Source of the DNA: a virus
Taxonomy: Duplodnaviria; Caudoviricetes
IMG/VR virus record: IMGVR_UViG_3300037479_000622
Coordinates: 1-30,264 of that record
Reading direction: 5' to 3' (one strand)
DNA: 30,264 nt
Shown: one piece after another, positions 1 through 8,536 of the stretch
Layout: each line of letters begins with the position of its first letter
Numbering within the stretch: position 1 is the stretch's first letter
Position numbers and translations under genes: made by a program
The notes under the pieces: model-generated
What the model was told of the DNA's origin: nothing
Databases searched by the model: none
Seen by the model: only the letters and a program-made list of their open reading frames with translations

Positions 1-1221
1 ATGTTTCTCTCTCGCCTGTTCAAAGCCCTGCGGCCGTCGCCGCCGAAGACGCAGCCGCCGCGGGTCGCCGGCCTGTTCGCGCCGCCGTACCCGGCCGCGG
101 GCTGGTGGCACGACGACCCCGCCGAGCAACTCCGCAACTACCGCTCGTGGGTCTACGCCGCGGTCAACGCCATCGCGCAGGAGGTCGCGCGGCACCGGCC
201 GTTCTTGTACCGCAACACCGGCCAGGCGGAACACGAACAAGTTGCCCTGCCGCACACGCACGCGCTATGTCGGTTGCTCGACCGCCCGAACCCGTGGCTG
301 ACGCCGTGGGAACTCTGGTACCTCACGGTCGTCTACCTCGAACTCACCGGCAACGCGTTCTGGTACGTCGCGCCGCAGTCGGTCGGCGACACGCGGCTCG
401 GCACGCCGGGCGAAATCTGGATCATCCCGACGCCGTGGGTGCGCATCGTCCCCGATCGGACCGAGTACGTCAAAGCCTATCAGGTCGCGGCGCCCGGCGT
501 GCCGGCGGAGACGTTCGGGCCGGACGAGGTCATTCACCTGAAGTACCCGAACCCGCTCGACCCGCACTACGGCCTCTCGCCGCTCCAGGCCAACGCGCTG
601 ACGGTGGACGCGAACACCGAGCTACTCAAGTCGCGCTACCAGACGTTCCTCGCCGGCGCGAAGCCCGGCGTCGTGCTTCAGACCGAACAGACGCTGACCG
701 ACCAGACCGTGACGCGGCTCGAAGAGAAACTGATCGCGAAGTTGGGCGGTCGCGACAACTGGCACCGCCCGCTCGTGCTCGAACAGGGGTTGAAGGCCAG
801 CCCGTGGACGCTGACGCCGGCCGAGATGGACTTCCTCAACTCGTCGCGAATGACGCGGGACGAAATCCTCGCGGTGTTCCGCGTGCCGCCGCCCATCACC
901 GGGGTCGTGGAGAACATGGGCCTGGGCGCGGACATCTGGTTCGGCGCGCGGGTGATGTTCTGCGAGGGGACGATCCAGCCGAAGCTCGACCTGGTCGGCC
1001 AGGCGCTGACGCGCGACCTGGCACACCGCTACGGCCCGGACGTGGCGGTGAGCTTCCCCGACTGCTCGCCGCGGAACCTCGACCAGCGCCGCAAGGACGA
1101 CGAACTCGACGCCCGGCTCGGGCTGCGAACCTTCAACGAGATTCGGAAGAGTCGCGGCCTCGACCCGTTCCCCGACCCGCGCTTCGACAAGCCGATTCTG
1201 CCAAAGGAACTCGACGGGTGA
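1..1221 (+). CDS. Phage portal protein (HK97 family), resident host-like cluster
   Basis: 406 aa; portal motifs WVYAAVNAIAQEVA, LLDRPNPW, LELTGNAFW, EVIHLKYPNP..YGLSPL, VLEQGLK, EMDFL..R..TRDEILAVFRVPP, TFNEIR; high GC3. Confidence 0.93.
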   Translation: MFLSRLFKALRPSPPKTQPPRVAGLFAPPYPAAGWWHDDPAEQLRNYRSWVYAAVNAIAQEVARHRPFLYRNTGQAEHEQVALPHTHALCRLLDRPNPWLTPWELWYLTVVYLELTGNAFWYVAPQSVGDTRLGTPGEIWIIPTPWVRIVPDRTEYVKAYQVAAPGVPAETFGPDEVIHLKYPNPLDPHYGLSPLQANALTVDANTELLKSRYQTFLAGAKPGVVLQTEQTLTDQTVTRLEEKLIAKLGGRDNWHRPLVLEQGLKASPWTLTPAEMDFLNSSRMTRDEILAVFRVPPPITGVVENMGLGADIWFGARVMFCEGTIQPKLDLVGQALTRDLAHRYGPDVAVSFPDCSPRNLDQRRKDDELDARLGLRTFNEIRKSRGLDPFPDPRFDKPILPKELDG

Positions 1222-1262
1222 GGCGCGCACGCTTCTTCGAAGCGTCGCTAACCAGTCATGCA

Positions 1263-1317
1263 TTTCTGACTTCTGACTTCTGACTTCTGATCTCTGATCT
1301 CTGACTCCTGACCCCTG
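1263..1317 (+). repeat. Tandem heptamer repeat (TCTGACT/TCTGATC/CCTGAC variants), host-type intergenic repeat
   Basis: tttctgacttctgacttctgacttctgatctctgatctctgactcctgacccctg between portal and protease. Confidence 0.85.
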
Positions 1318-1324
1318 GTGCCCC

Positions 1325-1912
1325 ATGGTCCTCACGCGCGCCGATCCGGCTACCCGCACGCTCGCCGTCAACGCGGACAAGCTCACGGTCCGCTCGGTCA
1401 TCACCACCATCGACCCGGACCGCGCCGGCGACGTGGTGATCCCCACCGGCATTCTGAACGCCGACGACTACCTGCTGAACCCGGTCGTGCTGTGGGCGCA
1501 CAACCGCGCGCAGTTCCCGCCGATCGGGGTCTGCGAGTGGCTCGACGTGCAGCCGCGGCGGATCGTCGCCGAGACGCGGTTCGCCCGCGGGGTGCCGTTC
1601 GCCGAGGACGTGTTCCGCCTCTACGAGCAGGGCATTCTCCGCGGCTGGTCGATCGGGTTCGTGCCGAAGAAGGCCCGCCGGCTGCCGCCGACCGGTTCGC
1701 GGAGAGCGGCCGGGTTGCACGTCGAGCAGTGGGACCTGCTCGAATACTCGGCGGTGCCGATCCCGGAGAACCCCGGCGCGGTCACGGTCGCCATCGAGAA
1801 GGGACTCGTCCGCGACCCGTACTGGCGGAACTGGCTGCTCGGTTCGACCGACGGGTTCGACGTGCTGAGTGAGTTGATCGAAGTGCCGTGTGAGGTGCGG
1901 CACAGCGAGTGA
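1325..1912 (+). CDS. HK97-family prohead protease, resident cluster
   Basis: 195 aa; DRAGDVV, NPVVLWAH (catalytic His), GWSIGF (catalytic Ser), LLEYSAVPIPENPGA; lies between portal and capsid. Confidence 0.93.
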   Translation: MVLTRADPATRTLAVNADKLTVRSVITTIDPDRAGDVVIPTGILNADDYLLNPVVLWAHNRAQFPPIGVCEWLDVQPRRIVAETRFARGVPFAEDVFRLYEQGILRGWSIGFVPKKARRLPPTGSRRAAGLHVEQWDLLEYSAVPIPENPGAVTVAIEKGLVRDPYWRNWLLGSTDGFDVLSELIEVPCEVRHSE

Positions 1913-1928
1913 TTCGTTGGCGTGAACT

Positions 1929-1996
1929 CGGGGGGCTTACGCCCCCCGCTCGCCTGTCTTTTCTGTCTCCTGTTCCCTGTCTCCTGACTCCTGACC
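1929..1996 (+). repeat. REP-like palindrome (ggggggcttacgcccccc) plus CCTGTCT-type heptamer repeats
   Basis: Short GC hairpin followed by ctgtctcctgttccctgtctcctgactcctgacc upstream of the capsid start. Confidence 0.7.
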
Positions 1997-2009
1997 AAAG
2001 AGGTTTCCC

Positions 2010-2828
2010 ATGTCCACGACGATTCCGACCGACAAGTTCCAGTCTCGCGACGAGCTGGTGACGTTCATCGAGGAGCAGGCCGCGACGGCGGTCGAGAAGG
2101 CGGCGCGCGTCGAGCGGCGCGTGCCGTGGGCCACGGCCGGCCCGGTGTGTCAGGACTCGGCCGGTTACTCCGTGCTGAAGGCGGCCGCCTTCGCGCTGGG
2201 TTACGTCGGGCCGGACCAGGCGAAGGAGGAGATTCACGCGCACCAACAGTTGCGCGACCTGTACGCCGGGTACGGGTTCATGCCGCACCACGGGCAGCAG
2301 TCGTTTCTGGTACCGCTGGCCAGCGCCCACCTGCCGGCGTTCGAGCCGCACGGCCGGCGGCTGCGCGACGAGCTGCACCAGAAGATGACCGCGCACGCCG
2401 ACAAGTTCGACCCGGACGAGGCCGACTGGATCGGCCGCCGGCTCAACCCCCGGGCCAAGGCGCTCGGCACGCTCGTCGATACCGCGGGCGGGACGATGGT
2501 GCCGCTGCCGGTCCTGGGCGAACTCATCGACCTGCAGCGGAGCATGGAGGTGTTCGCCTCGGCCGGGGCGCGCGAGGTGGCGCTGCCGCCGAACGGCCGC
2601 ATCCAGTTCCCGAAGCTCACGGCCGCCTCGACCGCGTACTGGGTCGGGGAGGGCAGCCCGATCACCGAGAGCCAGCCGACGACCGGCAACCTCGACCTGC
2701 AGGCCAAGAAGCTCGGCGTGCTGGTGAAGCTGAATTGGCAGGATGATTACTTACGAACTCGACGCGCTCTAGGATGCAGTCCCGATACTTCGCCTTTTGA
2801 ACGGCGCGGTAGTGCAGCACCACCTTAG
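2010..2828 (+). pseudogene. Major capsid protein (HK97 fold), 5' part, interrupted by the prophage at codon 240
   Basis: TAGGTMVP..LGELIDL, FPKLT..STAYWVGEG.PITESQPT.GNLDLQAKKLGVLVK; after 2728 the frame runs into prophage DNA and stops at 2828. Confidence 0.92.
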
Positions 2829-4671
2829 ACAGCAGGGACCGCAGCAGTTCAGCTTTCCGCAGCTTGTTCGATCCCTTCAAGGCGTCTTCCGTCTGCTGAA
2901 GCTGCTTGCGGTAGCCGTGAAGCTTGGCACGCAGTTCCGCTAACTGGTCTTCGAGAGGCACGCACAGACCTTCCCACCGGGCTAGATCGGCTTCGATCCG
3001 TGCAAGCTGGTTGTCGGCGGTATGCAGTTCCCTTTCTGTCCGCGCCCTGCCTTTGGCGAGTAGCCATCCCTCGAACTCCTCTTGCAGCTTTTCCACCTTG
3101 GCGCGGGCAGCCTTCACCTTCTGCTCTTCGTACATGACGAACCAGCGCCGCACCATGTCCACCCCTAGCGGAGTGCCAGCGCCGATCTTCGCCAGTTCAG
3201 CAGCAAGGCGCTTGTCCCGAATGTCACCCTTGACCGTAACCAGCTTCCGGCAGAGTGCCATACCCGCAGCGTCATCGGCAGTGGTGAAGACCTCTTCAAG
3301 ATGAGCGATGTAAGCCCGGATGCCCCGCGAAATGGCTTGGTCTAAGTCAATGCTGCCTAGCGTGCAATCAATCTCGCGGATACGCAGCAGGGCAGAGTCT
3401 TCGGGGCGGTTGTTGATATCCTCTCGCATCTTGCCGACGTGTTCCAAAACCAGGGCTTCCGCCTTTTCATGGCTGATGTAGTTGCGAGTGCAGCCCGTAT
3501 CGTTCTGCGGAGAGCGATCCTGCGAGAAGCGGTAGTAAGACGCACAGATATAGCCCGCCTTGCCGCGAGCGCTGAAGCAGTGCATAGCCCGACCGCACTT
3601 CCCACAGAACAGCAGACCACGCAAGTAGGTATCTTCCCGCCGCAGTGGGGACGGACGTTCCTTCTTTGTCTTTAGCTTCTCTTGCACCAGGGCGAAGACT
3701 TCCGGGTTGATGATGCCTTCATGCACGTTCGGGGTGAGGATGACGGCTTCGCCCTTGTTGGTACGCTGCTTCCTGTCCGGGTTGGTGGTGGGAGAAATCG
3801 CTTTGCCGTTGAAGTGGGCGAACTCCCCTTGTGACGTGCGGTTGTAGCGGATGCTGCCGATGTAGACCGGGTTTGACAGGATGTATTCAACCGTAGTCCG
3901 TGACCATCCCTTGCCGTATCGGTGTTTGCCCTGTTGGTTCAGCTTGATAGCGATACCGCGCGGGCTGATGGCTTGCGTTCGGTACATCTCGAAAATCTGC
4001 TTAACCGTGGCAATCCTTTCCTTAGCCAGTGACAGGACGTAGCGGATAGTATCGGTCCTGTTCTTGCGCGGGGGCTGTTCCCTCTCGACGCGCGACCCGT
4101 CCGGCATCACTACCAGTATCTTCCCGTTGTCCTGATAGTGGACGCGCCAGAGCAGTTCTCCGCTTTCAGTCCGGTATTCCTTGTCGTAGCCGTATGGCGG
4201 AATCTTGCTCTGAGGCTGCCCGCGCTTCGCCCTGTCCACCATCTCCCGTAGGACGTTGGTTCCTAGCTTCTCTTGAAACTCCCTGCTGCCTTCCGCCTTG
4301 ACCAGCGTAGTAACGCCAGTGGCGATATCGGGGCTTGTCAGTTCCGCGCCCGTCGTGACCTCGACTATCCGGCTTCCATGCTCGCGGAAGAGGTAGCAGA
4401 TATGGAACCACTCGAAATGATCCTTCGTGCCGATGCGGTCTTGATGCCAGCAGTAAACCGTTCCGATCTTGCCTTGCTGGACAAGCCGTAGCATGCTCTG
4501 GAAGTCTTCGCGGGTCTTGCTGTGGTGTCTGCTGCCGGTGTCCGTGAACCAGTGGGACGCAGGCGGGAAGGGCAGCCGTCTGTCTGCGAGGTAGTCCCGA
4601 ACTCCCTTTTTCTGGCTTTCCTCTTCCTGCGGGTCACTGCTCTTGCGGATGTAGACGGCATCTTGACGCAT
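2662..4671 (-). CDS. Large serine recombinase (integrase); 3' end crosses attL
   Basis: 669 aa from ATG 4671 with RBS AAGGGGG; resolvase catalytic AVYIRKSS, QDRIG, recombinase domain PPYGY..ILSNPVYIG..HEGII, Zn ribbon LRGLLFCGKCG..YIC, coiled coil. Confidence 0.96.
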   Translation of the reverse strand: MRQDAVYIRKSSDPQEEESQKKGVRDYLADRRLPFPPASHWFTDTGSRHHSKTREDFQSMLRLVQQGKIGTVYCWHQDRIGTKDHFEWFHICYLFREHGSRIVEVTTGAELTSPDIATGVTTLVKAEGSREFQEKLGTNVLREMVDRAKRGQPQSKIPPYGYDKEYRTESGELLWRVHYQDNGKILVVMPDGSRVEREQPPRKNRTDTIRYVLSLAKERIATVKQIFEMYRTQAISPRGIAIKLNQQGKHRYGKGWSRTTVEYILSNPVYIGSIRYNRTSQGEFAHFNGKAISPTTNPDRKQRTNKGEAVILTPNVHEGIINPEVFALVQEKLKTKKERPSPLRREDTYLRGLLFCGKCGRAMHCFSARGKAGYICASYYRFSQDRSPQNDTGCTRNYISHEKAEALVLEHVGKMREDINNRPEDSALLRIREIDCTLGSIDLDQAISRGIRAYIAHLEEVFTTADDAAGMALCRKLVTVKGDIRDKRLAAELAKIGAGTPLGVDMVRRWFVMYEEQKVKAARAKVEKLQEEFEGWLLAKGRARTERELHTADNQLARIEADLARWEGLCVPLEDQLAELRAKLHGYRKQLQQTEDALKGSNKLRKAELLRSLLSKVVLHYRAVQKAKYRDCILERVEFVSNHPANSASPARRASWPAGRGCRSSAGSR
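2711..2752. other. attL: host half gctcggcgtgctggtg + AA (2727-2728) + attP arm gctgaattggcaggatgattactt (2729-2752)
   Basis: Arm 2729-2752 matches the reverse complement of 27171-27194 at 19/24 positions; symmetry centres on the AA dinucleotide, as typical for serine integrase sites. Confidence 0.9.
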
Positions 4672-4744
4672 GGCTATTCCCCCTTGCTTTGCTGTGCTGT
4701 ACGGACCACTTGCTAGCATAGCAACAGCAAAGCAAACAGCAAGC

Positions 4745-4778
4745 AAAAACCCCGCGCCCGGCTGCCCGGTTCGCGGGG
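4745..4778 (-). terminator. Rho-independent terminator upstream of the integrase
   Basis: Minus strand CCCCGCG..CGCGGGG stem followed by TTTTT, after the 61-aa gene. Confidence 0.7.
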
Positions 4779-4824
4779 CTGCTCTCTTGGGTATCGTGAC
4801 TCTCTCGCCATTTCCCCCTAGTTC

Positions 4825-5010
4825 TCATCCGGGGGCTTTTACCTCGACTACCCGCGCCCTGGTCGGACGCAGTTCCTTGACGACCTCGACAGGAACGCCG
4901 ATCCGCCGCAGCATCAGGACTGCCAACCTCTCGGCAAGGCACTTCCCACAGAGGAACGACAGACCGGAGTTAGCGGGCTGTCCGCAGACCCGGCACGCAT
5001 AGGTTTTCAT
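4825..5010 (-). CDS. Small Zn-finger-like hypothetical protein
   Basis: 61 aa, CRVC..CGKC; ATGA overlap with the upstream gene; RBS AAAGGTGG. Confidence 0.65.
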   Translation of the reverse strand: MKTYACRVCGQPANSGLSFLCGKCLAERLAVLMLRRIGVPVEVVKELRPTRARVVEVKAPG

Positions 5011-5399
5011 GCAGCACCACCTTTCCGAAGCCGACTTGCCCCGTCAACCTGAACCGGGATCGGCGGCACGTCCGGCAGCGCCTCGAAATCGTGTTGGTCA
5101 AAGTCGAACATCAGTTCCGCAGGTTCGGTGCGACCCCTCATCTTGCACAGCACGACAGCCCGGACGTTCACCCCGCCATTGTGGGCGAAGTTCCAGTCAT
5201 GCTTGATCCCGGCACGATTCCAGAACTGTAGGTCAGGCGAGTGATACCAGCTTGTCACGCTGATATGGAAGCCGTCCGGGTCTAAATCCCTGTCGAACCG
5301 CGAGTCAGGGACGTGAGAGAAGTTGAGCGCCCGCGACCGCTTCAGCAGCCTGCGAAGATCGTCGGTAGTGAGCAGCTTTTCGAGTCCTGTTGCTTGCAT
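5007..5399 (-). CDS. Hypothetical protein
   Basis: 130 aa; RBS AGGGGAAAAGCC-ATG resembles the integrase RBS; translationally coupled to the next gene. Confidence 0.65.
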   Translation of the reverse strand: MQATGLEKLLTTDDLRRLLKRSRALNFSHVPDSRFDRDLDPDGFHISVTSWYHSPDLQFWNRAGIKHDWNFAHNGGVNVRAVVLCKMRGRTEPAELMFDFDQHDFEALPDVPPIPVQVDGASRLRKGGAA

Positions 5400-6480
5400 G
5401 GCTTTTCCCCTGGTTTGGCGATTGGTTCCCTACCCATATGGGACACTGCGGAAGGTTCGCGTACCGCGCTGCCCCTCACTTCTATTCAAAGCATCGCTTT
5501 TCCCAAACTAAACCAGATTCCGAAAAAACTTGCTCAATATAAGCGCCTTACAAGACCTAGTAGCGAAAAGCCCCTAGCTTCGCTTCTACGGGCTTCAAAC
5601 GAGAAAGGGCAGGACAGTAGGCAGGAAGGGAGAACGTGCCTCTTATGCGATCCTAGAGCCTCAGAAGGGCATTGCTACAGTTACAGTGCTATTGCTATTG
5701 CTATTGCTACAGAAGTGGAAAAAGGCACCAATAGCTTGCGCTGCGCTTAGTAACTTTAGCTGTAAACAAATACCGGGTTTTCCCTATATCAGAAAAACTA
5801 CTAACAATAGCGTTAGCAATAGCTCTGAACAAGGGAAAACCCGTTGTATTGGCTTCTCTGTTTTGGCAGCGCTCTGAGTCAGAGGAACACACCCTTATAG
5901 CAATGAAGCTACCGTCTATGGGTTCAGGACGTTTTACCGGCTTTCTTTTGGATGATCTTTCTGGCTGCGTTTATAAGCCACGCAGCAGGCATGGACCCGG
6001 ACGTTAAACCCCAACCCATGAAAACAACAGCTTTGGTACTTTGTGCTGTTGCTGCTTGCATCAACTAGCAAGCCCGTTGCCGGGTAACAACTTCCCCAAT
6101 GTCGCAGGGAAGAGAAAGCCTTACGCAAAGGATGCTCACCAGGGACCGTATTCCGTTTCCCTGACGCTATCAAGGCGAACGCGGTACGTTGTTGCGTAGT
6201 CGCGCCAGTTATCAGTTGTGGGCTTCCCTTGTTATCGGTATGCCCTCACAGTTGCGACGTGTGACCGTCTCGCAGTTGATGATATAGTAGTCTGCTTCCT
6301 CGCATTTCTCAACTCGGCTTGCGAAATACTTTTTTTGGACGTAAATTGCTTACGCTGTCGAATGTGGGCAGCGGTCTTTGGCGGGTAGTGTAACCAACCC
6401 TGACACTACCCGCCTTCTGCATTTCTCGACTTGCTTTTTACTACCAAAATCGGCGATACTGTGCGGACCACTTAGGAGAA
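5400..6480. other. Long AT-richer non-coding region with many inverted repeats and GCTATT repeats (control region, origin or ncRNA candidate)
   Basis: No convincing ORF; inverted repeats 5774-5785/5832-5843, 5688-5706/5805-5823, 5964-5970/5980-5986, 6054-6059/6068-6073, 6091-6096/6107-6112, 6380-6391/6403-6414. Confidence 0.55.
6380..6414. terminator. Perfect 12-bp stem-loop, terminator-like
   Basis: ggcgggtagtgt-N11-acactacccgcc followed by ttctgcattt. Confidence 0.5.
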
Positions 6481-6486
6481 GCAGCA

Positions 6487-6723
6487 ATGTTAGTCACTTG
6501 TGCCGACCACAAGAAAGCGCCCGGAGTAGTTGTCTGCGTTCACTGCTTTGACCACCAAGCAAAGCTAATGTACCCGGTCAGTAGCGGACCCCCTCAAGAG
6601 GAACCCGATTGGCTTTGCGAGGAATGCGTAAAGCAGTTTCCCGACGTTCCGCTAGACCTGCTGAAAATGGTTTGTATGCACTGCGCCAGAGAACTACCCG
6701 GCAAGAGATGGCGACCTAGTTGA
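6487..6723 (+). CDS. Small Cys-rich (putative Zn-binding) hypothetical protein
   Basis: 78 aa, CADH, CVHC, CEEC, CMHC; RBS AGGAG. Confidence 0.7.
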   Translation: MLVTCADHKKAPGVVVCVHCFDHQAKLMYPVSSGPPQEEPDWLCEECVKQFPDVPLDLLKMVCMHCARELPGKRWRPS

Positions 6724-6751
6724 AAAACAAAGGCTGCTGCATTCATAGGGC

Positions 6752-7153
6752 ATGGAGAATGAACAGCAGCAGCCAAGCCCGTTCGATCTACAACGCTGGC
6801 TGCAAGAAACCACTTGGCAGCGCATCACCGAGACTGAAGAATACCGACTGACCACCGAGCTACTAGCCAGCATCGACCAAGCCTTTCCCTGGTTCTGCGA
6901 GCGACCGAAATACGCCTCTCTGCTTGACCAGCTATCCCGCAACAGCGCCTCAATCCGCCTCAACTTCTGCGAGGCACTAGGTAAGGCACGCGGGCACGTC
7001 CTTAGCTCTCTGCTCATCGCAAGAGGCGAGTGCATGGAATGCTTGGCTACGGTCACGATCCTACCCGAACGCTTTCGCAGCCAGTGGACACCACTTCTGT
7101 TGAAGATACTGGAAGCCCTCGACAAGAGAATCAGCAGGCTGCCGACGAAATGA
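6752..7153 (+). CDS. Four-helix-bundle protein (23S rRNA IVP / Avd-like family)
   Basis: 133 aa; DQLSRNSASIRLNFCEALG..SLLIARGECMEC fits the family pattern DQ.RRA..SI..N.AEG...L.IARGS..E. Confidence 0.75.
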   Translation: MENEQQQPSPFDLQRWLQETTWQRITETEEYRLTTELLASIDQAFPWFCERPKYASLLDQLSRNSASIRLNFCEALGKARGHVLSSLLIARGECMECLATVTILPERFRSQWTPLLLKILEALDKRISRLPTK

Positions 7154-7175
7154 GACGCAGCAGCATAGATAGGGC

Positions 7176-7547
7176 ATGGCAAACGAGATTAGCTACAACC
7201 TGCAAGTCAGCATCAGTAACGGCACTTACAAAGACAGCTTCACCAAGCTAGGCGCTTTCATCACGCAGAACGCACAAGGCGCAGCCGGGGGAATCCAGAC
7301 CGTAGGCACCACCGAAGAAAACCTTGTCATCACCGACAGCGTTACAACCAACGGCTGCATCGTGCTTCACAACCTCGACAGCACCAATTTCGTTGACTAT
7401 GGGCTTGACGACGCGGGCACCATGAAAGCAATTGGGCGCATCAAACCCGGCGAAGCACACTGGCTGCGTTTGAAGCCAAGCACCAACCTACGCATGAAAG
7501 CCGACACCGCAGCCGTCCGGGTTGAGTACCTTCTACTCAATGACTGA
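7176..7547 (+). CDS. Beta-rich hypothetical protein, probable virion component
   Basis: 123 aa, Thr/Gly/Asn-rich, MA start, preceded by the late-promoter-like motif CATAGATA. Confidence 0.7.
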   Translation: MANEISYNLQVSISNGTYKDSFTKLGAFITQNAQGAAGGIQTVGTTEENLVITDSVTTNGCIVLHNLDSTNFVDYGLDDAGTMKAIGRIKPGEAHWLRLKPSTNLRMKADTAAVRVEYLLLND

Positions 7548-7550
7548 AAC

Positions 7551-7579
7551 TTGCTTTTGTATGGTTGCTGCATTATCCT
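7551..7579 (+). promoter_or_regulatory. Sigma70-like promoter upstream of the HNH endonuclease gene
   Basis: TTGCTT-N17-TATCCT; the same ACTTGCTTTT occurs at 6429-6438 upstream of the 6487 gene. Confidence 0.4.
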
Positions 7580-7603
7580 CTTTCGATCCGAAAGGGGGCA
7601 GCT

Positions 7604-8164
7604 ATGGGACCACGAACAGAAAACATCAAAGGCAAGCGATATGGCAAGCTGGTAGTCAGGGAGTTTGTCGAAGTGCGGGGCGGTATGGCATGGTGGCTTT
7701 GCGATTGCGATTGCGGCAAAACCACAGTAGCACCAACCGGGCGGCTGAACATCGGGCTTACGGCAAGCTGCGGTTGTGGCATGGGCTATAAGACTCACGG
7801 ACTATCCAAGCTGCTTGCCTACAAAAGCTGGAATCAGATGATGCAGCGCTGTTACAACGAGAAGCATATCAGCTACAAGAACTACGGGGCGAGAGGCATC
7901 AAGGTATGCGAGCGCTGGCACGACTTCCCAAGCTTTCTCGCAGACATGGGCGACAGACAGCCGGGTTGGAGCATAGAGAGGCGAGATATCAGCAAGGACT
8001 ATCAGCCTGACAACTGCACTTGGCTGGAAAACTCCAAGCAAGCCCGCAACAAGCGTAATACCATCTTCGTTGCACCAGGGAAGACACTTCAAGACCACTG
8101 CAAAGAGACAGGCGAGAAATACCACACCGCCTACATGCGACGGAAAAGGTTGCTGAACGACTAA
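7604..8164 (+). CDS. Free-standing HNH homing-endonuclease-like protein
   Basis: GKRYGKLVV..WLCDCDCGK..SCGC..SWNQMMQRCYN..YKNYGARGIKVCERW..FLADMG..SIERRD..Y.PDNCTW; start set to ATG 7604 after RBS AAAGGGGG. Confidence 0.88.
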   Translation: MGPRTENIKGKRYGKLVVREFVEVRGGMAWWLCDCDCGKTTVAPTGRLNIGLTASCGCGMGYKTHGLSKLLAYKSWNQMMQRCYNEKHISYKNYGARGIKVCERWHDFPSFLADMGDRQPGWSIERRDISKDYQPDNCTWLENSKQARNKRNTIFVAPGKTLQDHCKETGEKYHTAYMRRKRLLND

Positions 8165-8206
8165 AAGCGATCTACAACAATGCGTCTAAGTTACGGCTGA
8201 TGCTTA

Positions 8207-8536
8207 CTACCAATTGTCTGCTTCTCGGTAGTGGGCATCCGCCTTTCTCTTTAGCTCTTCGTAGCGCTTGTCATCTCGACACATCGAACGCAGCATGTTG
8301 AAGCAGAGGCTAGTCAAGTAGCCAAAGATGTTTCGTGTTACTTTGATGTTGTGGTATTTCGTCAGGATCAAGACAACGAATTGCTGCCCCGCCTCTTCAG
8401 CATCAACAACAAACCGATACTTCCCCACGATCCCCCTAGCCATCTCTAGCAGCACCAGGGCGAACGCCTCTGGCATCACCCCTGTTCGCTTCAGTTCTGT
8501 TACCCATGCCCGTAATTGCTGCTTCGATGCATACAT
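8207..8536 (-). CDS. T4 gp55-like minimal (region-2 only) phage late sigma factor
   Basis: 109 aa; YASKQQL..K..G.M....L.MARGI..KYRF..D.EE..YHNI..RNIFGYLTSLCFN resembles the gp55-family pattern as I recall it; matching -10-only motifs lie before late genes. Confidence 0.7.
   Translation of the reverse strand: MYASKQQLRAWVTELKRTGVMPEAFALVLLEMARGIVGKYRFVVDAEEAGQQFVVLILTKYHNIKVTRNIFGYLTSLCFNMLRSMCRDDKRYEELKRKADAHYREADNW

Noticed and set aside
1263-1317. Tandem repeats as a CRISPR array
   Set aside because: 7-nt units with no unique spacers and no cas genes; the same applies to 27860-27950, 29076-29158 and 30137-30242
105-2746. Long alternative-frame and antisense ORFs (105-1283, 622-1452, 1256-1903, 1318-1872, 2126-2746 and others)
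   Set aside because: Arg/Pro/Gly-rich shadow ORFs of high-GC3 genes; they overlap clearly identifiable portal, protease and capsid genes
5313-6173. Short ORFs in the non-coding region (5313-5750, 5686-5877, 5707-5892, 5934-6173)
   Set aside because: No convincing RBS or start, atypical composition, partly translations of the GCTATT repeats
5900-6330. tRNA or tmRNA among the hairpins
   Set aside because: No T-loop GTTCRA/D-loop cloverleaf or CCA-ended acceptor stem recognised by eye; tRNAscan-SE or ARAGORN would settle it
6752-7153. Diversity-generating retroelement suggested by the Avd-like protein
   Set aside because: No reverse transcriptase and no TR/VR repeat pair seen in the window
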